A stretch of DNA of 64,000 nt from an uncultured Clostridia bacterium. Its GTDB lineage: Bacteria; Bacillota; Clostridia; Christensenellales; CAG-138. The stretch is taken from contig CALCEX010000118.1 of the NCBI GenBank assembly GCA_937900325.1, forward strand, positions 15,903 to 79,902. The letters run 5' to 3'. This document shows positions 48,158 to 56,008 of this stretch, piece after piece. Positions within the stretch are counted from its first letter, which is position 1. Every line of letters begins with the position of its first letter. Made by a program: the position numbers and the translations under genes. The notes below the pieces were generated by a model, which searched no databases, was not told the origin of the DNA, and saw only the letters and a list, made by a program, of their open reading frames with translations.

Positions 48158-49915
48158 TCAATGCAGGCGTATCTCCCGCCCGAAGGAGCGGGGCGCCGCG
48201 TATTTTTTGACTATATCGGTCATGGTGCTTTCGCTCATGCCCGGAACGTGCTTCATTGCGGGAAGCAGCCGCTTCATGGAGCTGTCGTCCACGAGACCCA
48301 CCAGCTCCAGCAGCATTTTAGCGGCCCCCTCCGCCGTGGGAGTCTCGTTAAACACCGCCTCTATTGCGTCATTCAGTATGCGAAGCTCGATTATACGGGT
48401 GTCCGGCGTTTCAAGGAAGCTTGTGAACAGCGTGATGCAGGCTTCGCCTTCGCCTGCGGACCATATCCCCCGGGTGGAGACCAGATGATGCTCCTCCTTC
48501 ATCACAAATACGGAATCCGTAAAGCTTCCGTCCATAGCCATATACACCGTATTGCGCTCGCACTGCTCGTAGAAGGTGACTGCGAGGCCGTTTTCCGTAG
48601 AGCTGAAGCGTATTATGTCCGCGCCCCTGCTGTAACAGCCGTGGACGTTTTGCAGCGGCTGCGGGAAAAGCGAGCCGTAGTTGTCGAAAAGGCGGAACTC
48701 CCTGCCGTCAAGGAGGGCGCGAATCTTATTGAAGGCGGCTTTGTCGGTCCCCAGGCCCTTTCTTGAGGAACCGGGGGAAAACACCAGGCCGGCGAGATAC
48801 GCCTTCAGGCTGTCGTAGCCTGCGGGGTAAGGCGCAAGCTCCGTGCCGGAGCAGGCCCAGAAGCAGGAATCAAGAAGCTGCATCAGGGATGTTTTGGCGA
48901 AGAGCTGCGTGCTGCCGGAGTATATTATCGCCGCCGCGTCGTATTGCGGGAACATTACCGCGTACTGACCGAATGCGCCGTTGAACTGATAAGCCCCGCC
49001 GCCGCTTATCCATATCTGGTAGCCGTAGCCGTGCTTCATTTCGCCGTTTGGGGTGGATATCCGGGGCGATGTGGCGGCGCTTATCCATTCTTCGGAGAGA
49101 AGCCTTCGTCCCTCCCATACACCCTTGTTTAAATAGAGCTGGGCTATTTTGGCAAGGTCCTCTATGCAGAGGCTCAGCCCCCAGCCGCCCTTTTCCGTGC
49201 CCTTGGGGCACGTTTCCCAGTGATGGCTGCGAATGTCCAGCGGCTCATACAGCCTTGGAGTGAGAAATTCGGTAAGGCTTACGCCCGTCTTTTTCCTCAG
49301 CACGGCGGAGAGCATATAGGTGTTGAGCGAATTGTATTCAAACTGGGTGCCAGGCTCGAACTTGGGCGCGGATTCCATGAACATCTTTACCCAGTCCTCA
49401 TCCAGGGCGCTGCCAACCTCGTTGAAGCGGACGCCCGTGCTCATGGTGAGAAGATGCCGTATTGTCAGCATTTTCGACCATCTGCTCGCGGGCTTGCCGG
49501 TATAGCCGGGGAATATGTCCTCAAGGCGCTCGTCTATATCCAGAAGGCCCTCGTCCACAGCCATACCCACGGCGGTAGAAACGATGCTTTTGCTGGCAGA
49601 GTAGAGCATATGGGGGATACCGGGCCGGTAGGGGGCGTAATACCCCTCGGCGAACACCCTGCCATGGCGCAGCAGCATTACGGAATGCACGCCGAGCTCG
49701 GCGGAATTATCGGAAAGGCTCCTGAAGAACCGCTCCACCACCGTGCTGGAAAGGCCCGCCTCCTCGGGGGTGCAGCGCGGCAGGGATCTTCCCTCGGACA
49801 AAACGGGAAGGCTGCCCATCTGACGCGAGTAGCCGTAGACGGGTATGCCCTCCATGTCTCTTTTAAGCATTTTGATGAGCAGCTCAAGGCTGCGCATCTG
49901 AATGGTAATGTCCAT
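48158..49915 (-). CDS. serine hydrolase of the beta-lactamase/PBP (class C-like) family with a C-terminal extension
   Basis: SASK (SxxK) motif in YSASKSIVSTAVGMAV. GGAGG RBS before ATG 49915. Confidence 0.7.
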   Translation of the reverse strand: MDITIQMRSLELLIKMLKRDMEGIPVYGYSRQMGSLPVLSEGRSLPRCTPEEAGLSSTVVERFFRSLSDNSAELGVHSVMLLRHGRVFAEGYYAPYRPGIPHMLYSASKSIVSTAVGMAVDEGLLDIDERLEDIFPGYTGKPASRWSKMLTIRHLLTMSTGVRFNEVGSALDEDWVKMFMESAPKFEPGTQFEYNSLNTYMLSAVLRKKTGVSLTEFLTPRLYEPLDIRSHHWETCPKGTEKGGWGLSLCIEDLAKIAQLYLNKGVWEGRRLLSEEWISAATSPRISTPNGEMKHGYGYQIWISGGGAYQFNGAFGQYAVMFPQYDAAAIIYSGSTQLFAKTSLMQLLDSCFWACSGTELAPYPAGYDSLKAYLAGLVFSPGSSRKGLGTDKAAFNKIRALLDGREFRLFDNYGSLFPQPLQNVHGCYSRGADIIRFSSTENGLAVTFYEQCERNTVYMAMDGSFTDSVFVMKEEHHLVSTRGIWSAGEGEACITLFTSFLETPDTRIIELRILNDAIEAVFNETPTAEGAAKMLLELVGLVDDSSMKRLLPAMKHVPGMSESTMTDIVKKYAAPRSFGREIRLH

Positions 49916-49981
49916 TTTTCCTCCGGATATTAAGCCCTGGCAGGCTTATTCCTGAAGTATTTTATGGCGCCGGGCTTTTCA

Positions 49982-50722
49982 TTATACCGCCGGCTCGGGT
50001 TCGGGCTCCCCAGCCTTGGGGATATTGCGTCCGGTGCGGTCGATGTAGAAGGCGGCGAAGGCCGCGCATACATAGGGCTGCAGCCAGAGGTCGCCTATGC
50101 CGCAGGTCAGCAGGCTGAGTATGCTCCAGCCTATGAAGGAAAGATCAAGGCAGAACAGCCGCCACTTGTGGCCGTCCATAAGCTCCTTGCTCATGTTCAC
50201 CGCCTCTCGTATGCCAAGAGAGGGGTTTTCCGCCATGAGATACGGGGCAAGGCGGTAGCGGTAGTAGGCTATTATGCCCGGCACGATCAGCAGCAGCGAC
50301 CACAGCCATATGAACAGCGACATAAAGAGGTTGAGCCCCATGGCCTTTATGAGTATATCGCAGCGGGAGAATATGACGGATACCTCGTCCTGCCTGTTCT
50401 CCGCAACGAGGTCAATGTAATACTTGCTGTGTCCAAGGGAGAGCGCGCCGGCAAGGAGTATGACGGCTATGCTCAGCGCAAGGGATATAAGCGAGCCGAA
50501 TACGCTGTCCGCCGTCTCCACCGCGGCGTAGGTGGCAATGAAATCGCTGTAATTTCCGCTGAAAAGCAGGCCGAGATCCATATGCCCCAGGTCTTTTGCA
50601 AGGTTGTATATGCTGTTCATGCTGCATATAAGGCCGACCAGGAAAGTAACAAGGATAGACCTGCCCCAATGACCCTTAAGCTTATCGCGGGCTATGCGTC
50701 GAAATTCGCTTGCAGTAAACAT
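49982..50722 (-). CDS. DUF975 family membrane protein
   Basis: MFTASEFRRIARDKLKGHWGRSILVTFLVGLI N-terminus and a multi-TM body, both typical of DUF975. Confidence 0.7.
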   Translation of the reverse strand: MFTASEFRRIARDKLKGHWGRSILVTFLVGLICSMNSIYNLAKDLGHMDLGLLFSGNYSDFIATYAAVETADSVFGSLISLALSIAVILLAGALSLGHSKYYIDLVAENRQDEVSVIFSRCDILIKAMGLNLFMSLFIWLWSLLLIVPGIIAYYRYRLAPYLMAENPSLGIREAVNMSKELMDGHKWRLFCLDLSFIGWSILSLLTCGIGDLWLQPYVCAAFAAFYIDRTGRNIPKAGEPEPEPAV

Positions 50723-50779
50723 GACAAGAATACCTCCTGAAATGGATTATTAAAACAGGTAAGATCAAAGGCGACAGCG

Positions 50780-51082
50780 TCAGTCGTCTATTTTGCAGCC
50801 GGAGCAGCCATCGCAGCTCTCCGCGTCGCACTCCATACGCGCCTCGACTATCTTGGAAAGAACCTCCATCTTGTCCTCATCGGCAGGGAGGAATTCCTCG
50901 TATTCGCCGTCTGTGCGGATGCGGAACACGAACAGATCGGATTCCTCGTCGTCGGCCGCCGCTGGGTCTATCATTACGGCGTACTCCTCGTTTTCATAGT
51001 CGAAGTAATCGACTACCTCGAGCTCTATCTCGTTTCCTTCCTCGTCGTTGAATACAACTATATCCCTATCCAGCTCTTCCAT
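50780..51082 (-). CDS. DUF1292 family protein with a Cys-rich tail
   Basis: IVVFNDEEGNEIELEVVDYFDYENEEYAVMID signature. AAAGGAGA RBS. Putative promoter TTGCGG-17-TAAAAT on the minus strand near 51155-51127. Confidence 0.7.
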   Translation of the reverse strand: MEELDRDIVVFNDEEGNEIELEVVDYFDYENEEYAVMIDPAAADDEESDLFVFRIRTDGEYEEFLPADEDKMEVLSKIVEARMECDAESCDGCSGCKIDD

Positions 51083-51204
51083 GTTAAAAATCTCCTTTTA
51101 AAAATCCATATTACTGGTAAGCATATTTTACCTCATGGCGGCCTTTACCGCAAGATAATAGCGGGATAATTGACAACGTGTTTACATTAATAAAAAAGTT
51201 GCGT

Positions 51205-51240
51205 AAAAAAGCCGCCTGTCTGCCCAGGCGGCCCTTTTTT
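51205..51240. terminator. bidirectional terminator
   Basis: A6-GCCGCCTG-N6-CAGGCGGC-CC-T6. On the minus strand it lies 290 nt downstream of the trmO stop. Confidence 0.85.
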
Positions 51241-51527
51241 ATACAAATATGGAGTTTTATCGGAAAGATATGGGGAAAAGCCTTATATAAAACCTAATGC
51301 TCTCTGTGTGCTGCTATCGCCTCCCTTCTCTGCGGCGCCCTATAGGGCTTATCGGAGGTGGGACGCCCGGCATCGGTAAATTTACCGGGCAGGTGTTGCT
51401 GCGTGTTGCTGTCAGTGGGCTGTTCGCCTCCTTTCTTTGAAGTGATTATATGGTATCAGAAAGGTATGGCATAAATTTGGCCCAAAGTTATACTCCTGTG
51501 GCAGTTATATTAACGCTTTTTGTATGT

Positions 51528-52232
51528 TTATTTAAGCTTATCCGCCCCGGCGGGGGCAATGTCGAATACCGTCAGCGTATCGCCCTCCACGCAAAAGCGC
51601 ACGTCAAAGCCGGAAAACTCAAGGCCGTACCGCTCCCCGTCCTGCTGGTATGCGGGCCGCGGGTCCTGCGAAAGAGCGGCAAGCAGCGCATCCCGCTTGA
51701 CAGCGGGAATGGAAATAAGCAGCTCCTCCGGAAAGACCACCCGAAGCCGCTTTTCAAGCTTCTCTCCGGCAAAGCCGTCCTTCGCCTCCGGGTGGCTGTC
51801 GGTAAAGGAAAGATACGGCTTTATATCGTATATGGGGGTGCCGTCCATAAGGTCTGCGCCTTCAACCATGAGCACGCGGCCGAGGCCGGGGCGGCTTTCC
51901 ACGGATACCAGCTTTACGGAGGAGAGGCCTATGGGGTTGGGACGATAGGGGGAGCGCGTGGCAAACACACCCATGCGGGTGTTGCCCCCAAGGCGGGGAG
52001 GCTTTACGGTAGGCCGAAAGCCCTGCCGCTCCACCCTTGAAAAGCCCCATATGAGCCACAGGTGAGAGTAGCCCTCGATGCCCCTGAGGGCGTTGGCGTC
52101 CCGGTATTCAGGCTCGAATATCACGGCGGAAAGCTGGCCGCCGCCCAGGCCGCTCTGGCGCGGCACGCCGAATTTCTGCGTGAAGTCGCTCCTTATGCGG
52201 GCTATGACCTTTAATGTGAAGGTGTCGGCCAT
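51528..52232 (-). CDS. trmO: tRNA (m6t6A37) methyltransferase TrmO (TsaA/YaeB family)
   Basis: IARIRSDFTQKFGVPRQ, YSHLWLIWGF and RSPYRPNPIGLSSVKL motifs. Confidence 0.85.
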   Translation of the reverse strand: MADTFTLKVIARIRSDFTQKFGVPRQSGLGGGQLSAVIFEPEYRDANALRGIEGYSHLWLIWGFSRVERQGFRPTVKPPRLGGNTRMGVFATRSPYRPNPIGLSSVKLVSVESRPGLGRVLMVEGADLMDGTPIYDIKPYLSFTDSHPEAKDGFAGEKLEKRLRVVFPEELLISIPAVKRDALLAALSQDPRPAYQQDGERYGLEFSGFDVRFCVEGDTLTVFDIAPAGADKLK

Positions 52233-52235
52233 GGC

Positions 52236-52649
52236 TTACTTTTCCGCCCCGGGCAGCTCAGAGGTGCAGCAGGGGCAGCGGGTAGCCTTATCGGGTATTA
52301 CGCTGAGGCAGTAGGGGCATTTGCGGGGCTCCTTCTTTTCGCCGGGCTTTTTTACCATATCGTGCAGCTTGTTCATGGACTTGACAAGCAGAAAGAGCAC
52401 GAAGGCTATTATTATAAAGTTCAGCACCGCGGTTATGAAGGCGCCGTAGGCTATGGAGGCCCCGCCCACGCTTACGGCCTTGTCGCTGAAGTTCTGCCCT
52501 GCAAATATGCCTATGACGGGCGAAATTATGTCGTTTACAAGAGAGTCGACTATGCCCTTGAAGGCGCCGCCGATAATGACGCCCACGGCAAGATCCATGA
52601 CGTTGCCGCGCATGGCGAATTCCTTGAATTCAGCAAGAAACTTCTTCAT
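52236..52649 (-). CDS. mscL: large-conductance mechanosensitive channel MscL with a C-terminal CxxC...CxxC extension
   Basis: [38 protein letters not shown] is the canonical MscL N-terminus. The tail is [19 protein letters not shown]. Confidence 0.9.
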   Translation of the reverse strand: MKKFLAEFKEFAMRGNVMDLAVGVIIGGAFKGIVDSLVNDIISPVIGIFAGQNFSDKAVSVGGASIAYGAFITAVLNFIIIAFVLFLLVKSMNKLHDMVKKPGEKKEPRKCPYCLSVIPDKATRCPCCTSELPGAEK

Positions 52650-52693
52650 ATGAAAAAATACCCGTCCCTTCAGGAGAAAATATTACGGGCATT

Positions 52694-52707
52694 ATTATAG
52701 CACAATA
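52694..52707 (-). promoter_or_regulatory. extended -10 promoter of mscL-trmO
   Basis: TATTGTGCTATAATAA on the minus strand (TGTGcTATAAT). Confidence 0.5.
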
Positions 52708-52764
52708 TCGTGCGGAATAGGTGCGGTTATACAAAAAGAACCGCCTGACGGCAGCTCTTTTCGT

Positions 52765-52841
52765 TGGCGCGCCCTGAGGGATTCGAACCCGCGACCTTCT
52801 GGTCCGTAGCCAGACGCTCTATCCAGCTGGGCTAAGGGCGC
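52765..52841 (-). tRNA. tRNA-Arg (anticodon ACG), CCA encoded
   Basis: Cloverleaf by hand: acceptor GCGCCCT/AGGGCGC, anticodon stem TCTGG/CCAGA with loop CTACGGA, T-loop TTCGAAT. Two stem mismatches are noted (12:23 C-A, 50:64 C-U). Confidence 0.85.
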
Positions 52842-52867
52842 ATACGCTTTTTATCGCGTGCTTGATT

Positions 52868-52896
52868 ATTATATCGCGTCGAAACATATTTGTCAA
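52868..52896 (-). promoter_or_regulatory. consensus sigma-A promoter of tRNA-Arg
   Basis: On the minus strand: TTGACA (52896-52891), 17-nt spacer, TATAAT (52873-52868). Confidence 0.8.
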
Positions 52897-52925
52897 CGGC
52901 GATGATAAGTTTTTTAAAAGGCGGG

Positions 52926-52953
52926 TTGATTTTTTTTAAATCTGGTGTATAAT
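52926..52953 (+). promoter_or_regulatory. sigma-A promoter of tRNA-Ala
   Basis: TTGATT (52926-52931), 16-nt spacer ending in TG, TATAAT (52948-52953), 12 nt before the tRNA 5' end. Confidence 0.75.
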
Positions 52954-52964
52954 AGAGACGGTAT

Positions 52965-53040
52965 GGGGCATTAGCACAGTTGGTAGCGCGCAACGTTCGC
53001 AATGTTGAGGTCAGGGGTTCGAATCCCCTATGCTCCACCA
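52965..53040 (+). tRNA. tRNA-Ala (anticodon CGC), CCA encoded
   Basis: Acceptor GGGGCAT/ATGCTCC with the G3-U70 alanine identity pair, anticodon loop TTCGCAA, T-arm AGGGG-TTCGAAT-CCCCT. Confidence 0.9.
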
Positions 53041-53049
53041 AACTTGACA

Positions 53050-53097
53050 GGTCCGAACCTTATCCCGGTAGGGAATGGGTTCGGATCTGTTGTTTAT
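53050..53097 (+). terminator. long hairpin terminator after tRNA-Ala
   Basis: GGTCCGAACC...GGGTTCGGATC (10 bp) with an inner TCCC-ggta-GGGA, followed by TGTTGTTTAT. Confidence 0.7.
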
Positions 53098-53187
53098 ACA
53101 GATTACGTTATATAAACCGGCATAGATAAACACATGTGAGCCAAGTATGGGTATGAAACGATTTTTCATATATAAAGATGCTGCCAT

Positions 53188-53382
53188 GTGCAGTGTGACC
53201 TGCGCACCATGGCTTGGGGCGCGGTCGTAGCTGCGTTCAGCATTCTTGCCGCCATGCTTGATTTGGTCAACAGCGGCGAATTCAGCGCGATGAGCTTCGT
53301 TTCCGGACTGGTCGTTCCCGGGCTGTATGTTTACGGCGCAGTACTCAATTCCAAGGCGGACGCCATACAGAACGCAGAATAA
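53188..53382 (+). CDS. 64-aa two-TM hypothetical membrane protein
   Basis: The ORF has two hydrophobic helices but no convincing RBS. The start is GTG 53188 or ATG 53209. Confidence 0.3.
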   Translation: MQCDLRTMAWGAVVAAFSILAAMLDLVNSGEFSAMSFVSGLVVPGLYVYGAVLNSKADAIQNAE

Positions 53383-53402
53383 CATACAGAACGCAGAATA
53401 AG
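53365..53402 (+). repeat. perfect 2 x 19-bp tandem duplication ATACAGAACGCAGAATAA(C/G)
   Basis: Read directly from the sequence. It duplicates the last codons and stop of the 64-aa ORF. Confidence 0.95.
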
Positions 53403-53416
53403 GTCAGGAGGTTTCA

Positions 53417-54138
53417 ATGGAAAATTTTGATAAGAAATACTGTGACATATGCGGTGAAAAGATAGGCTTCCCCGGCAATAAAAAGCTTGAGGACGGCAAC
53501 CTTTGCAAGAATTGCGCCGCAAAGCTTTCCCCTGGTTTTCCGAGCGCCGCCAAAGCACCGCTTAAGAAATAAAGCAGCAGCTCGACTACCGCGAAAGCAA
53601 CAAATCCGCCGTTGCCGCGTTCCATGTGACCCGCGCACTGGGCGACAACGCAAAGGTTCTGCTTGATGACGGCGTATGCAAATTTATGGTCACGAGCGCG
53701 CGCAGCCTTATGGATGCAAATTCGGACGTTATGGATTTTGCCGACGTTACGGGCTGCCGCATAGACGTGGACGAAAGCCGCACGGAGCTGAAACAGAAGG
53801 ATAAGGACGGCAAGGATGTTAGCTGCGTTCCCGCGCGTTATCGTTCCACATACACGTTTAATGTTATAATCAACGTTAACAATCCATATTTTAATGAAAT
53901 ACGTTTCCGCCTTAACGGAAAAACGGTTGAAATAAACAACGTTATTGTGAATGCATACAATCGTTCAAACATTGACCAGCGCAAGAGCATAGATTACTGC
54001 GAATATGAAAAGCTTGGGCAGGAGATAGCGGATACGCTGACCCATATCCGCACCACCGTGCGCGAAAATATCGCCGCGGCAAACGCTCCCAAGGCCAGCG
54101 TAAAATGTCCTTTCTGCGGCAGCGTCATAGAGGCATAA
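53417..54138 (+). pseudogene. DUF4428-like zinc-ribbon protein gene disrupted by a frameshift and an in-frame TAA
   Basis: AGGAGG RBS. Frame A (53417-53572) encodes MENFDKKYCDICGEKIGFPGNKKLEDGNLCKNCAAKLSP. The family-like continuation WFSERRQSTA-stop-EIKQQLDYRESNKSAVAAFHVTRALGDN... is in the +1 frame from 53533, with TAA at 53563-53565. The C-terminal CPFCG lies at the end of the 53626-54138 ORF. Confidence 0.7.
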
Positions 54139-54199
54139 TATAGCGGAAATTCAAAAAGCCATCGATAAGGCAACAATATTTGTATTTTGGGGAACGGGC

Positions 54200-54493
54200 A
54201 TGACTCAGGTCATGCCCGTTACGCCTTTATCAGCCCGCCCGCAGGAGGCCAGTTCTTCAGCCAGAAGGCCTCTGCGCCGAGGGGACGAAACGGTAGGGTT
54301 GCTGCTCGGCTGGAACGGCAAGGGTGAGGACAAGATAAAGATCACCGCCGAGGGCTCGAATGTGTTCGTACAGGGCAGGGCTTTGAAAAATGCGGGCTCA
54401 TGGGCGGTGCCTGCGCGGATGCACTTAATGGGAGCGGCGATGGTGCTGAGAGTGATGACCGGAAAAATACGCGCAGGCGTTAAGCCAATTTGA
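54200..54493 (+). CDS. 97-aa hypothetical ORF (doubtful)
   Basis: The ATG is buried inside a 12-bp perfect hairpin, with no RBS and no recognisable family. A plus-strand hairpin plus T-rich run at 54513-54540 is the only support. Confidence 0.2.
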   Translation: MTQVMPVTPLSARPQEASSSARRPLRRGDETVGLLLGWNGKGEDKIKITAEGSNVFVQGRALKNAGSWAVPARMHLMGAAMVLRVMTGKIRAGVKPI

Positions 54494-54516
54494 AATTACG
54501 CTATACAGGCGCGCCG

Positions 54517-55035
54517 TCATTCCGACGGCTTTGTTGCTTTATCATATATCTGAGAGGCTTTTTTGATAACAAAATCGAATATGAGGTAATATATCGCCGT
54601 GACAAGAAGATAAACGCCCAACAGAAGGCCCCGGCTGTCCGCAAGCTCGGGCGGGAGCTGCTCGGAGCCGGAAAGCGCGGTCACGGAAAATATCGCCGTG
54701 CCTGTTATGAGTATTATGGCGAAGCGAATGCCGGAGCGCAGGGCGCGGCTTTTGCAGATGGCAATTCTTTCGCGCACCAGCGGATAATAACCGAACAGGG
54801 CAAATATAAGGGCGCTGTCCTTTTTGCCGGGGATAAGCAGCGACGCGGCGGAAACCAGCAGCCATGCCGCCATGCCGTACAGGAGGCCGTCCTTGAGCGG
54901 CACTATCGCGATTAGGGCGAGCAGCGCCAGCAGCAGGGGGAGAGCGCCGGTAAGCGAGCCTATGAGCAGGAGCAGCAGCGCCGCCCCGGCACAGAAAAGC
55001 GCCAGGGCTGGCTTGTTTTGCGATAGCTTACGCAT
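54517..55035 (-). CDS. 172-aa polytopic membrane protein, unknown function, translationally coupled to oppF-like
   Basis: MRKLSQNKPALALFCAGAALLLLLIG..., 4-5 TM helices. TGAtATG junction with the upstream ATPase gene. Confidence 0.55.
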   Translation of the reverse strand: MRKLSQNKPALALFCAGAALLLLLIGSLTGALPLLLALLALIAIVPLKDGLLYGMAAWLLVSAASLLIPGKKDSALIFALFGYYPLVRERIAICKSRALRSGIRFAIILITGTAIFSVTALSGSEQLPPELADSRGLLLGVYLLVTAIYYLIFDFVIKKASQIYDKATKPSE

Positions 55036-55036
55036 A

Positions 55037-56008
55037 TCAGTCGTAAAGGTGGCAGGCGCAGAAGTGGCCGGGAGAGAGCTCGCGCAGCTCGGGAACGGCC
55101 TCGCGGCATACGGGCTTTGCATACTTGCATCTTCCGCGGAATTTGCAGCCCGCAGGGGGATCTACCGGGCTGGGCACATCGCCCTCGAGCACAATGCGGC
55201 GGCGTTCCTTTTCGTAATCCGGGTCGGCGACGGGTATTGCCGAAAACAGCGCCGTTGTGTAGGGATGCCGCGGGTTTTTATACAGCTCCTGGCTTTCCGC
55301 AAGCTCCATTATGCTGCCAAGGTACATCACGCATACCCTGTCGGATATGTTCTTTACCATGGAAAGATCGTGGGCGATGAAAAGATACGTAAGCCCCATA
55401 TCCTTCTGAAGCTCTTCCAGAAGGTTCACAACCTGCGCCTGAATGGATACGTCAAGGGCGGAAATGGGCTCATCGCAGACGATAAAGCGTGGGTTTATGG
55501 CCAGGCTGCGCGCTATTCCTATGCGCTGGCGCTGTCCGCCGGAAAACTCATGGGGGAAGCGGCTGGCGTGCTCCTTGCTCAAGCCCACCTTTTCCAGACA
55601 GTCGTATATTACCCGCTGCCGCTCCTCGCCGGAGCAAAGCTCATGTATGTCTATGCCTTCGCCTATTATATCTCCTACCGTCATTCGGGGATCAAGGGAA
55701 GCGTAGGGATCCTGAAATATCATCTGGGCCGCCCGGGCGTATTCGCGGCGCTCTGCGGCGTTGAACCTGGTTATATCCTTCCCTTCAAACAATATTTTAC
55801 CCGAGGTGGGTTCATAAAGCTTTACAAGGGTGCGGCCTATGGTGGACTTTCCGCATCCGGATTCGCCCACAAGGCCGAATGTCTCGCCCTTATATATGGA
55901 AAAGCTTATATCATCTACCGCCTTGAGGCACTGCCTGCCCGCAACCGGGAAGTACTTTTTCAAATGGGATACTTCGAGTATAACGTCATTGCCTGTAAAG
56001 TTGGACAT
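55037..56008 (-). CDS. oligopeptide-type ABC ATP-binding protein (OppF-like), encoded divergently from its presumptive partner operon
   Basis: Walker A GESGCGKST, FSGGQRQR, and the C-terminal oligopeptide ATPase domain. ATG 56008 follows GGAGG. Confidence 0.88.
   Translation of the reverse strand: MSNFTGNDVILEVSHLKKYFPVAGRQCLKAVDDISFSIYKGETFGLVGESGCGKSTIGRTLVKLYEPTSGKILFEGKDITRFNAAERREYARAAQMIFQDPYASLDPRMTVGDIIGEGIDIHELCSGEERQRVIYDCLEKVGLSKEHASRFPHEFSGGQRQRIGIARSLAINPRFIVCDEPISALDVSIQAQVVNLLEELQKDMGLTYLFIAHDLSMVKNISDRVCVMYLGSIMELAESQELYKNPRHPYTTALFSAIPVADPDYEKERRRIVLEGDVPSPVDPPAGCKFRGRCKYAKPVCREAVPELRELSPGHFCACHLYD

Noticed and set aside
51297-51443. 48-aa plus-strand ORF (MLSVCCYRLPSLRRPIGLIGGGTPGIGKFTGQVLLRVAVSGLFASFL) inside the unannotated 51241-51527 stretch
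   Set aside because: No RBS, sequence dominated by the palindromes and repeats, and a plus-strand location with no promoter evident. The region is treated as non-coding.
52832-53385. ORFs 52832-53041 and 53011-53385 (minus strand)
   Set aside because: The first is the antisense translation of tRNA-Ala (the classic GFEPLTS artefact). The second runs antisense through the tRNA terminator and the small membrane ORF, with no RBS.
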